From Hydrolagus affinis (lineage: Eukaryota), in assembly GCA_012026655.1 (NCBI GenBank), contig JAAILG010001172.1, forward strand, positions 1 to 64,000: a stretch of DNA of 64,000 bases. The letters run 5' to 3'. This document shows, piece after piece, positions 22,170-33,573 of this stretch; position 1 is the stretch's first letter; each line of letters starts with the position of its first letter. Below the pieces are notes generated by a model, which saw nothing but the letters and a program-made list of their open reading frames with translations, was not told where the DNA came from and did no database searches. Made by a program: the position numbers and the translations under genes.

Positions 22170-25100
22170 TGTGGTCGGTCACTGAAGCCTGGCTAATTTA
22201 CTCACTAAAGGTTCTCCATAAACATTTAGACCTCTTTCGAGTCTGGAATGGAGGTGAACACTGCACTGATTTGAACAGACTTCCATGACTGCCTTTCTCC
22301 CATCTACAGTGTAATCTCTATGACAAAACTAAAGTTCTGAAGTTGAATTCCAATCGTTGTGACCTGCTGTGACAGAGTTGAGGGTTATTTTCGTTCTATT
22401 AAAGTGAACATACTCATACTGCGCCTAAAGGAAGAACAGTGCCTGTGGACATATGATGAACGTTAATGAATTCCATGTGCTTGTACTTTTGCAATTTGTC
22501 TTGAAACAAAGCGTTTACTGTATAATACTCTATGATCATGATTCTAGAGATGCAAACATCTACAAAGTGGAACACAGAAATAATTGGGACAGTATTGGGA
22601 AGCAAATTGTTACTAACAGAAAGCAGCCAACCAAGTTTCTGTGATGTTCCCAAGACGATGTTGTAACCTTCGATTGCATGAAATTAAGAATGTCCAATTA
22701 CATTGACTGTTACCCATTCATGCCATTCCAAAGAGCCTGCGAAATGCAGCTTCTGGATCAAAGTGTCTGTTCAGTTGCAGTGATTCCAAGCTAGTCAGAA
22801 AGTGGACCTTTAAACACCTGTGCTGCTGTTTTGTTAAAGTGTTCCCTGATGTCTGTTTGCACAGTTATTGATCAGTTCCAATTTAGTGCTTTCAATCAGA
22901 CAATCATGAAAATGTTTTCAGTGAGAAAACATACAAACTCCTGTAAATAACCCACTGAATATACGAGTAGCAGATGGCTAACTGAACACATATAATTTAC
23001 TAGGAAATTTAATTGACCTCCCGTTGACAACATTAATAATTGTGTTAGGAAATAAATACAGCTTTTGTGTGGAGCCCATCTGTTATAAATACCTGCAGCT
23101 TCTGCTGGACTTAGACTAATCACTTATCCTATTCCTGCCTTGTGCATGCATCCGCCTTGCACTCCTGGTGTTAGTTACAGATTCAGATGGAATCTCATGA
23201 TCAATTTTCTAGATGTGCTATAATGCGGTAGATTTTCTGTGTGATTGTGGAGCACATCTATGTCAGACTGAGGGTGTCATACTGTTACATTATACAGGTA
23301 TTCAGTGTTATTCCCAAGGTCTTAAAAGAAAAGCTAACATTGGATTCAATTAACCTAAAGGAATTTGTGTCTTTTACAATCTCGTAGTATTGTGTCAAAC
23401 ATAAAAGAATACATGGTGCATTTGTCTATTTATGAGTGCAATAATACCTTAAAGAGATAACTTTGCTACAGTTTGAATGGGTGAAAGTCAACTTGTTGAT
23501 TTGATGCAAATGGGGTTACATAGATCAGCTAAGGAGTGGAAAGAGCATATTAGTTACTGGAGCATTTTTCTAGTGTTACAGAAAATTGTACCTTTTTTTA
23601 AAAACTGAGCAAAAATGAAATGTAAGTCATTTCTTGGGTACATTGTCAAGCGAACAGAAATTTGCAATCTTCAGTTGTTGAAGGGAAATAGTTATTGTTT
23701 GAGAATGACTTCGGTTATTCTCTGCTCAGGCTGAATTTTATCTTTGAAAACTAATGATGGAGCGAGAGAGTTGTAATTAGTTTGGGGGCGTCGGTGAACA
23801 TACAATCAGATAATTGATGAGGAAGTATTATTTTTAAATTCCTTGCCATTGTCATTTTAAAATGTCGATATTGTCCTGTTTGAATTAAGATGGCTTTCTC
23901 TTTGCCAGTTGCTCTAGACATCTTTTCTTAATCTTCAAACGAGTGGTAAGAGCCCTCAGCAAATCAACCAGTACAAATGTGATGCCCCAGGGGGTCTTGG
24001 AGTCTATATACGTGTCGAGTCAGCCCCAATAGATAATCCCTGATGAATTCAAATCACTTTCATTGTTCTTTGCTGGCGTTTATTGAGAGGCCTTGCTCGA
24101 TGCAAAATAGCCTCTTGATGCAGCTGTAGCTCAAGGATGCTTTGTAGAATGACAAGATGTTGAATGAAGGCAGTCCTACACATGCGCAGTTGTGTGAATC
24201 ACATGGAAGATCCTGAAGAGATTTATTTCGTGCTCATTCTGACACAATGCTGCACCAGTAATCTGGATATTATTATATATTTGACGTTTCTAATTGTGTA
24301 ATATTTTAGACTGTAGCTGATGTGTTGGCTAATCACATAAGAGGACAGCTGTCTTTGCAAATGGCTGTGTACTGACCAGTTTCCAAGTAGCTCTTTAATC
24401 TGTTTGGCTCTAGATGAAGTAAAATTGCAACTTGGATTAAGTTATTAATGCAGTCTTAATTCTACTCAACCTTTTTGCTCTGATTGTCTGAACATGTGGG
24501 CAATGACAACCAATATTCAGATCATCCCATGTTCTCACTAATCACCAAATCTACACATTTCTTGTTTGCTGCTTTTGTTTTTTTCAGACAATTTTGCTAC
24601 GGGCAATTATCTGCTAACACACTGCCATTGCATGCCCAAGTTTACATCCACAGGAGATTCCAAATGTCTCTTGTGGGTTTACAACACATCTGCTTCTGTT
24701 TTTTAAAGTTTGATTTTAGTAACTGGTGCTCCGAAGTTAACATTTTTTTGAGTGAAAATCAATAGATTTTAGTTTGCAGGGGTAGGGGAAGCACAGTGGT
24801 AATACTGCACTCTAGTAATTCCTTCATTGAGAATGTTTTCTAATAGGGAGTGCAACCACTCACATTTCCAGCACACAGTTCAAAATTGCTTTCCCAGCCA
24901 CCATGGAAATAGTGAATGTGTGTTTAAAGTTGTTACTTTTTAAAAGGAAAACTACCGCCACCCATCTTCATAATATCCATGTTTCTGCTTTTCTATGCTT
25001 CACTTTGAGAACTGTTTATCAAATGCAGAGGTGACCAACATTTATCCAGATTGATATAGAGGCTCTATATAGAATTGAAGGGAACTTATTTGAGCAGAAA

Positions 25101-25332
25101 CAATGAAATAAATTTTACGAGCTGGCATGGTATGTTTTGTTTAGATGTAGTGTGTCAATATAAAAGCTCCATTGAAAAGACTAGATTTCAAAAGTGTTGA
25201 TAGGTTTGTGTGGGCAGCTCCAGTGGTGAGCATTTCATTAAGGGGATCCATATGGAAAGCACAGTTTGAATTCAATTCCTCCTGAGTGGGGCTGTTATTT
25301 AGCTGTGTTGACTGAGGAAGATGGATAGAACT

Positions 25333-25438
25333 ATAATAATTTGTGCGTTTGATATAGCGCCCTATCACGTCTTCAAGACGTCTCAAAGCGCTGCACAGAA
25401 TATACTGTAAAGTGAATTGTCTGTATTTTGTGGGTGAA
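25333..25438 (-). mobile_element. SINE tail inside the putative 3' UTR
   Basis: GATATAGCGCCCTATCACGTCTTCAAGACGTCTCAAAGCGCTGCACAGAATATACTGTAAAGTGAATTG. Confidence 0.85.
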
Positions 25439-25946
25439 CTGTTTGGATGTGGCATCATCTGGGTGAAAAGAATAAACTCTAGTGTGATCATGCTGTGCCA
25501 ATATTCAGCCCCCCTGTTGATCACAGGGCGACCAGACTTTCTCGCTCGCCCTGAAGGAGGAAACAACAATGGGTGGTGGCAGCAGTGAGGATACAAGAAG
25601 CAGAGTAGGAACGGAATAAGGATAAACTCACAAGTACATTTCTATTCTAGTAATAGGTGACTTTGAGAAGACTCTTGGCTTTTCCTTTCCCTCAAGCGAA
25701 TATGACTAGAGCTAACTAAAGATTTATGCTTCTGGGCTATCTGAAATCTTTTGCTAGAAAATGGCAAATGCTCTGCCCATTAAGTGTGATGCTTTCCTGT
25801 CTGTGATGTAATGTATGTATCCGCAGTATACTTCAGCGCAGCAGCCTGATAATGTAAAATATTGTGTTATATTTTTGTACTTTAGCTCTGTGTAAATAAT
25901 TTGTTTCTTCAACAACAAAAAAAAAGAGTATGTGATCATCAGAAAT

Positions 25947-25970
25947 AATAAAAAAAAGTTTGTAAATAAA
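25947..25970 (+). promoter_or_regulatory. Candidate polyadenylation signals
   Basis: AATAAA at 25947-25952 and 25965-25970 (TTTGTAAATAAA), with upstream TGTA motifs and downstream TGTTGTGTGT. Confidence 0.6.
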
Positions 25971-26059
25971 TGTTGTGTGTCTCATGAACAAGAAATGGTG
26001 GTGAGATTTATATGTGAGAGACTGGCACGAACAAATGGGAAAATTGATATTTGCCTTTT

Positions 26060-26301
26060 CACTTCAAAGAATATTTCTGTGTCCTCCATATGTGGAGAGC
26101 AATGGGGCTATTGGTTAGTGAAAATTGGAATTGAAAGGATTAGTAGAGGTACAGATGAGGCATGATCTAATTAACAATAGCAACAAAATTACATTTGTAT
26201 AGCACCTTTCACGTCAGGAGGATGTCCCAAAGTGCTGGATTCATTAAATGGTGGAACAGGCTTGAAGGGCTGAATGGCCTACTCCTGTTCCTATGTTCCT
26301 A
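26060..26301 (+). mobile_element. CR1 3' UTR interrupted by an antisense L2 tail (26173-26242)
   Basis: GCATGATCTAATT[L2 tail]ATTAAATGGTGGAACAGGCTTGAAGGGCTGAATGGCCTACTCCTGTTCCTATGTTCCTA. Confidence 0.82.
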
Positions 26302-26789
26302 CAGCACAGTGATAGGGTATTAGGTGTCCCATTGACTGAAAAATAAGGTTTGTCTAGCATTCCTCCTGATATAGGAACATAGAACGTATCTCAAACCCTG
26401 TGACAGGTTTTTGTGAGAGAATTCTTCCAAATACACACATTATCCAGAAGTAATTTGGCCAGTTTCCTTCTATATGCTACTGAATGTTTGTGGCAGTTTT
26501 TAATCACTGACTGCTTTGGGTGGCTCAAAACGGAAGAGGGCTTGAAACCTTAACACAGCAACATGTCTTAAAATGTTCACATATTAAGTTCCATTGAAGT
26601 ACAGGGACTCTTTGCTATTAGTTGAATGTGCAGTTAATCTTTGACACACAAATCCCAGTTAAGTAGCAATAAGATGGATAGCCCAACTATTTTTTGGTGT
26701 GATCTTAGCTGATAAAACAGACAATGGAATGTCAGAATTGTTTCAACCCTCTGTGGCAGTCTTGGTTGTTCGGTTCTTCAGCAAGATAG

Positions 26790-27000
26790 GTCTCACAGTA
26801 CTGCTGATGACTACAGCCAGACTGCCTCATCAACAGGAACTAGAAGGACAGACCAGCCACTGGGGCAGGGAGTCACCCCACTCAGCTCCCAGTAACACTG
26901 CAAACCAAAACCCTAAAGGGTAGGGTGGTCCTAAACGGACAAACAGTAGGAAAGGTATGAGTTTATTGCTGGTTAGACTCCAGTACTCTGGGGACCCCAG
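26790..27000 (-). repeat. Old unclassified interspersed repeat copy
   Basis: GTAACACTGCAAACCAAAACCCTAAAGGGTAGG and GCTGGTTAGACTCCAG are shared with 46248-46361; the reverse complement aligns to 2310-2450. Confidence 0.65.
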
Positions 27001-28469
27001 GCATTGGCTCTTGTTAACCTGCACCTAATACTTTCCACAATGAGGTATGCTGGATGCATTCCCTCCAGGGAGAGTGTACATTCCATTCCAAAAATTTATC
27101 TCTAGAATTTTCATTAGTAGATGGGAAGAATGGCATTCTCAGTTTGGTTTGGCGAGTTGTAAGCATGGTGATGCGTTTCCACATGTGTTGAAAACACACC
27201 CAGCTTTTTTTTAAAAAAAACCACTCACGTTTAGAGAGGTGATAGGATCTCACTTTAACGTCTCATCCAAAAGTCAGTGTCTTATACAATGCAACATCAA
27301 ACTCCTGGAGCCTAATTCTCAGCCATGAGCTAAACTCCTTGCAAAGTACTTGAGCACAACTGAACCGAATGAGCAAATCTATCAAGTGGTTTTCAGGCAC
27401 CTTATCGCAGGTGTTTTGTGGTTAGTGGTCAGCCCTTCGCTCCCTCCAATCCCTTTGATTAGCCTGAACCCTCAGCCCTGTCAGGTCCTCACTTGTCCAT
27501 CTTCCAAATGGTCGTCAATGCCCACTCACTTCAGAGCCAGTGGCTGTTTGTTGGGGTGTCCTTGCCTGTGATGGTTTGAAGCTGGTTTAGAACTTGTGTA
27601 GTGAGTAGGAGGGAGATGGCTATCTTTGACACTCTTTTCTTAAAGGGGACCAAGCCTCCAGCTGAGTTTTACTGAACACACCCCACCAGCATCCCACACA
27701 AAAGAATATTTTCGGCCGCTGCCAGTCCATTTTTATAGTGTAGAAAATTGATAGTAAGCAGACTTGACAAAATATCACATCAGATTAGAAATGAATGGGA
27801 ATCTATTGAAAATGTCAAAATAACAAACATGTGGAAGTGATAACAGCAGAGGCACAAAAGAATGCAATGTCATTTAGATCTTGTCTCGGTTTTATCGCAG
27901 CGGTGCCCAATTTATTTGGGCTCAGGGAGTGAAATGTATCCTTGGTATGCTCAGGGGCAAACATATGGAGGTTCTGTTAAAACCTCCGTGTACAATACAA
28001 GAATGAGAAAAGGACCTCTCATTTTACATGAGTCAATTAAATTAATGTGCGTTTTATGCAGTATTAAGGATAACCTTAGGTCATGCTATTAAAGAACAAG
28101 ATTAATTTTATTACTTGTAACTTCCAATATACAAAATTGACTTTTCATCTTAGGCAGTTCGATTTTAGTATTCTTTTTGGAACTCATAGTTGAGTCATCT
28201 CTTCTGAATAATTGAAACATTATATCCAGTTGAATTAAACAATTGAGAAGGACAGATTCAGATTACAGACCTTATGTTGTACATTAATGCTTTCAGATTT
28301 TTGCAGACATTTATAAAAAGCATTAAACCAATACATCAGTAATGTATACATTAAAAATGGCTTATTCTGCTGCCAAACTGAATCAATGGATGCAAAGCAA
28401 TGAACTTGAAACAGAATTAAAATCACTTGGAACTAATTCACAACTCAAAAGCCTAAGAACACAGGTATC

Positions 28470-28840
28470 AGCCTGGCTCAGTTGATACGACTCTTTCCTC
28501 TGTTTGAGAAAGTTGTGGCTACATGTCCAGTGTTGGCTGGCTCTCCGATTCATTATTATGGGGTGCCCCATTGCATTGTCAGCTGTCCTTCAAATGACAT
28601 GCTTAACTGAGGACCCCATCTGCCTGTTACAGATCCAATGGAACTAAGTGATAAAGAGAAGGGAATGCCTGGCCAGAAATCCTGAGAAAAAATTTTTTAC
28701 GCTCCTTGGCTGTTTGTGGGTTATCAGCTGCTTTGCTCACCTACAAAAACACAACCGTTACGCTGTACAGACAATCCTGTGAAATGCTTTGAGACATTTT
28801 GATATGATATGATCCTACAGTATACCAATTTCAAGCATTA
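28470..28840 (+). mobile_element. Older DeuSINE family (SacSINE1/AmnSINE-like)
   Basis: GGCTCAGTTG head, TTAACTGAGGACCCCATCTGCCTGTT and GGCTGTTTGTGGG. Related copies at ~27180-27370(-), 31985-32350(+), 34235-34600(-), 39065-39500(+), 43880-44295(+), 51940-52240(-), 56000-56220(+) and 60955-61385(-). Confidence 0.7.
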
Positions 28841-29879
28841 TAAAGAAGGAAGTGAAAGAGAAAGCAATTTCCACTTTAGAGACATTGACAATTTGCTGGA
28901 TTGTAGTTTGACTTCCTGACACTTAGATTTGAAGCATATAAATAGGCCACCCAGTCTGCCAAATCTGCTCTGATGTTTTTTCTCCACATTAATCGATTGG
29001 ATCCTACTGAACTGCTCAATCTCCATTCGCTTTAAAATTATTCCTTTTCAAGCATCTCTGTATTTTCTTGTGTAAAATAATTGATGGACACTGCATCAGC
29101 GAAGGAAAGAGTGATGATGAGATTCAAACTACAACCCCAAAATTGTCAGAAGTTTATTCCAGTGCTTGAGACCATTCAACATGATTTGGACCGCTCAAAT
29201 CATTGTTGCCTCCTTACTGCTCTGGCACTAAGTCTATAAATGCAATATTAAGCAACACATCTCTTTTCTCCATCATTCAGCACAAATAATCCTTTTTTCT
29301 TTTATCCTATATATTCATTGTTTAAAAAAATCTTATTGTTCCTTGCTCCTTAAGTGGTGATCTGACTCAGCTGTTTAACAAAATGAAGGTACGGGAGATA
29401 ATTCGAAAACAAGAGGACGTAATCTTAAAATTAAAGTGAAATCCAGAAATATTTGTTCACACAATATGTAGAATTAATACAATAATGTAAAATGAACAGT
29501 CCAGGTGGCTGTGGAGTCCACATTGTTGTGATCTTTATGGGATAGATGCTTGGGAACAACAATAACTTGCATTCATTTAGTAATTCATTGCATTCATTTA
29601 GTGATTAATTCATTTCAAAGTGCTCTGAGACGCCGTCCGGCGTGGAGGGCGCTATCTAAATCAAAGTTGTTGTTGTTGTTGTTGTACCTGTCATGTACCA
29701 GAACATTGTCAGAGATTGATACTGAGCAAGGGAATGGGAAAAGTATCTCCACTATGGTAAACCCATTGCCACGCTAAAGGGTATCTAAACCAGAGGAGCA
29801 TTCCCTATATGCATGTAACCTGAGCATTTCCATATCTTTGGAATGCGCATTCTCTCTCTGGATTGACTCACCCAGTTTA

Positions 29880-30050
29880 TCTAATTCCAGAAAGTATTGT
29901 CGCAGGTAGACAAGAGTCAAGGCTTGCGGTGACCACAGAATGTTTTGTAGCTACTGCTGCAGTTCAACTAACTAAAACGGTATTGCTTGCTATTGAGAGC
30001 ACTGTCTGGCAAGCGTCCCGTTGTTTGTCCAGCAAGGACCAGCTTATCTG
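29880..30050 (+). repeat. Old unclassified interspersed repeat copy
   Basis: TAATTCCAGAAAGTATT...ATTGAGAGCACTGTCTGGCAAG matches the reverse complement of 46290-46435. Confidence 0.7.
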
Positions 30051-30059
30051 TTAGGGCTT

Positions 30060-30700
30060 TGCCTTTCACGGTTTGGGAAGGTGGAGGAGGAATTGAGCAG
30101 AGGCGTGGCCATACGTAGGTTTTAAGGAGGGATTTAAACCAGTAGAGAGGGAGCAAGGTGGAGTGATGGGGTTCCAGAGTTAGGGGTGCAGTCATTGAAG
30201 ATTCTGCCACAGATGGTCATGTGGAGGGGAGGGGGGACGCGCAACAAGTCCAAGTTAGATTAGTTAGATGGGAAGCTTTCAAGCAGGAGATATTTTGTAG
30301 ACAGAACAAATACTTTCCCACAAAGCAGAAAGATAGGGCATCTAAACCTCCCTGGATAACTAAGAAAATTGGGATTAAATTAAACAGAAAAATGAGGAAA
30401 CTTGTGATAAATGTCAGACCTAAAATACAGGATGATCAAATAGAATATAAAAATAAGAGAACTGAATAATAAATAAGAGAGGATTTGTTGGAGTTTATCG
30501 GTGGTGGAACTAGGAAGATTGGTGATGAGTATTTGTAAAGTCCAGGTAAGAGCTAACAAATGCATGAATAAGAGTTTTGTTGATGTGAGGTTAGAGAACA
30601 GGGTAGAGATACGGTCAAGATGGAACTCGCTTAAGTCTGGTTTGAATACATCGTGAGTTGAGCAGTCTGCAGTGAAAAAATCCCATCCATTTGGACTCCA
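30060..30700 (-). mobile_element. Old L2 fragment with a CR1 ORF2 piece (+, ~30250-30470) inside
   Basis: Minus frame WFKSLLKTY; plus frame WEAFKQEI..QNKYFP..KPPWITKKI (CR1 linker motif). Confidence 0.6.
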
Positions 30701-31353
30701 AAGGATGTTCTACTGGCCTAACTTTATGGTTAAATGAATTCTGAACGTTGATAGATCCGAGATCCATTCTAGAGATAGAAAATCCATACAGAATGGGATC
30801 CTCTTCAAGGTCCTGGTATGAGTAAAGAAATCTCTGTCATGCCCAACTCTATTTAGTTTGCTTTTCTGTTAGACAGAGCTGAAAGTGATGGTTGTCCAGA
30901 GGCTTTCCTATATGTCAGGGCCTGAGATTTATGGCTCACACGACACCTCCCAGGCACCGACTCTATTGGTAGCAGAATTATCACTTTCATTTTGAAGAAT
31001 CTATTTAGAATTTGTAGTGCCATGATAATTCAGAATTCTGTTTTTTTGAGAAAACAAATTAACGGCAGTAAAATGGTTTATCTCTCTCTTAGGCCACAGC
31101 AAATGTCACTGAAGCTCGGCTGTATAATAAAACTGCTACTGTGATTCATAATATATAGCCCTAGGAGAGAAAAAAAACATTACACGATTAGTGGTATGAT
31201 GTTTGTGAAATTGCTGTCCATTAACCTGGAAACATTTCCCTTTGAAAACATCTAGTGCTTAGGTTTAAATATTGTGCAGATGTCATACAATATTTAACTT
31301 AGTATCAAATAACATTTAACTTGGTAGTCATATTTCAGGTAAGACATTAAGGC

Positions 31354-31985
31354 AACAACAACAACAAATTGTATTTATTTAGTGGCTTTCACACTGGGAG
31401 GACAACCCAAAGCAGTGGACAGTGAAGGGTTTGCACCCAAGCTTGGGGTATGAATCAAGAGGGTTGGAGAGCAAAGGGGGTGGGAAGATGACTGAAGGCA
31501 CAGTCGACGAGAAAGTTATTGAGACAAGCCTTGGAGGGGGCAAGGCAACTGATAATTTATGCACAGTAATGTCCCGCAAACCGTCATAGCACAATTCAGA
31601 AAGGGAGTTTCCCCCTGTATACTGGCCCCAAAAGAAATGTCTGTTTGCCATGTTTGCCACAAGACACACAGATTTATAGTATTACCTGGGAAACGCTTTG
31701 GGACGTCGTCCCGAAGTGAAACAACAATGTGTATTTGTTGCGCCCTCGCGCCCTTCTTGCTGTGTAGATTAACAGTGGCAGAGCTTGATGCTGAGCTGGG
31801 TTGACAAGGGAGGTGAGTGTAGGCACAGCCAAAAGAGGAAGATCCTCAGGTGTGACCTGAAGATGGGCAAAGAGTGGGCATAATGGAGGAATTGAGACAG
31901 AGAATGCCAGAGTTTGGGGCATTGTGGCTGAAGGTGTAGCCTCCCACGGTGGGGTGTAAAGGATGAGTGATGTGCAGAAGCCAAC
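31354..31985 (-). mobile_element. Cluster of L2 3' ends and SINE fragments
   Basis: (AAC)n L2 tail at 31354, SINE pieces at 31550-31740 and a second L2 3' fragment at 31775-31985 (KLWHSL..FRSHLRIFLF). Confidence 0.7.
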
Positions 31986-33455
31986 TGATAGAAGGTGGTG
32001 GGTCCCCCATGTCAGGAGTTTAATCCCCTTGTCTATTCTGTCTCTAACACAATGCTGGGGAGAGCTGCATAGTCAGAGATGCTGGCTTTTGGATAAGACA
32101 TCAAATAAAGGTCCCTTTGGCTTGTGAAGATGAACATTAAAGATCCCACAGCAGTTTTTGAAAAGAGAAGGGAGTTTTTCCCCCGAATAAAATTAATCAT
32201 TCACTTCACAGCTGTTTGTGGGACAGCACAATACACAAATTGGCTGCCTCACTCGCCTTCAAATAGACAGTCACTCTACATTACAGTAAATCCTGTAAAG
32301 TGCTTCAAGACGTCCGTCTGACGTGAAAGGCGATATTGAATACAAGAATTATTATAGTATTCTTATGGTGCAAATCTTCAAATGTGATTTTCTTCGACAT
32401 AACAGGTTCCTCATGTTTCTATCCTTTAGATTTTGATCTGGTGACCAGGGAAGGAATTCTTGTGTATATACTGTTTCTCTGTTTATTCCATTCCAGTGCT
32501 AAAGGGAGATGATTTGCTAATTCTGGGTCTTTGGGATACTATGCCAAAACCAAGCAAGACCACCCCTCCCTACCATAAATAAATTCATAAGGACAGGGGT
32601 ATGGGTAGCAGGAATGAAAATTAGCATTCAAGAAAGATAAATATTATGTTTGACTCGGGAGAAGTCTTATAACTCCTTTGTTTTCCCTGGCAAATGAGCT
32701 AACATACTAGCTTTGAGAGGCAAATATTTCCTTCTTTGCTTTAATCAGCAGTTGCACTAATATATAAATATACAAGGCTGGAGAGGAAAGTGTTCCCTGC
32801 TTTGTTTTGCTTTGTGAGTGTGGTAATGTAGTGAATGTCAGTCAAAACTAGCTGGTGCGAAACAGCATGGAGGTGTACTAGAGGGAAAGGGTTGGTGATA
32901 CAATGAGACATGGTCTGCAACAGCTTAAATGCTCAGAAAATACTGTATTCTCTGAAAAATATAATTTTTTTTAAAAAAACTTGCATTTGATGTGCCTTGC
33001 ATCTTATGACATCATTGAGACAACTCAAAGTGCTTCACAGGCTATAGTGTAAAGTGGACTGATTGGTTTTTTTGTGGGTGAATGCATGTTTAATTCATAC
33101 AATTACCTGTGGAATGCTGGAGAGAATTTCTTTGGAAGATGGAGGACGACTGTGCGTTTATCTTCAGGCAGTTACCTATACTTCCAGATGATGTCCTTGC
33201 TCTGCCAGGTGGCAGGTTGGCTAATAATAAACAGATTGTCAGCAGTTACAGGAGAAATTTACTAAGTGCAATGACTGGATTAAGCAGGAGGTGTTGCATT
33301 GGTATTCAGCCCGGGAGAAAATGTGTTTTTAATTATCACTTTTCGGCAAATGCGCTAATATAGGTATCTCCATTTTTTTCTCACGCACATCCACCAATGT
33401 CTGGATGTTCCAGTAATGTGTAAAATAAAACTTTTAAGTAGTTCAGGATGTACCT

Positions 33456-33573
33456 TAATAATAATATAATAATCCTTGCATTTGAGAGAACGCTTCTCAC
33501 ATCTTATCGACGTCTCAAAGTGCTTCGCAGAATATACTGTGAAGTGAATTGACTGTATATTTGTGGGTGAAAC
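33456..33573 (-). mobile_element. SINE tail
   Basis: AATCCTTGCATTTGA...GAATATACTGTGAAGTGAATTGACTGTATATTTGTGGG. Confidence 0.85.

Larger units (their letters stand above)
22170..25990 (+). other. sema5a: Probable sema5a 3' UTR (~3.8 kb)
   Basis: Nearly repeat-free AT-rich stretch after the stop codon, ending in TGTA-rich sequence with tandem AATAAA. Repeat density rises immediately after ~26060. The end point is inferred. Confidence 0.6.
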
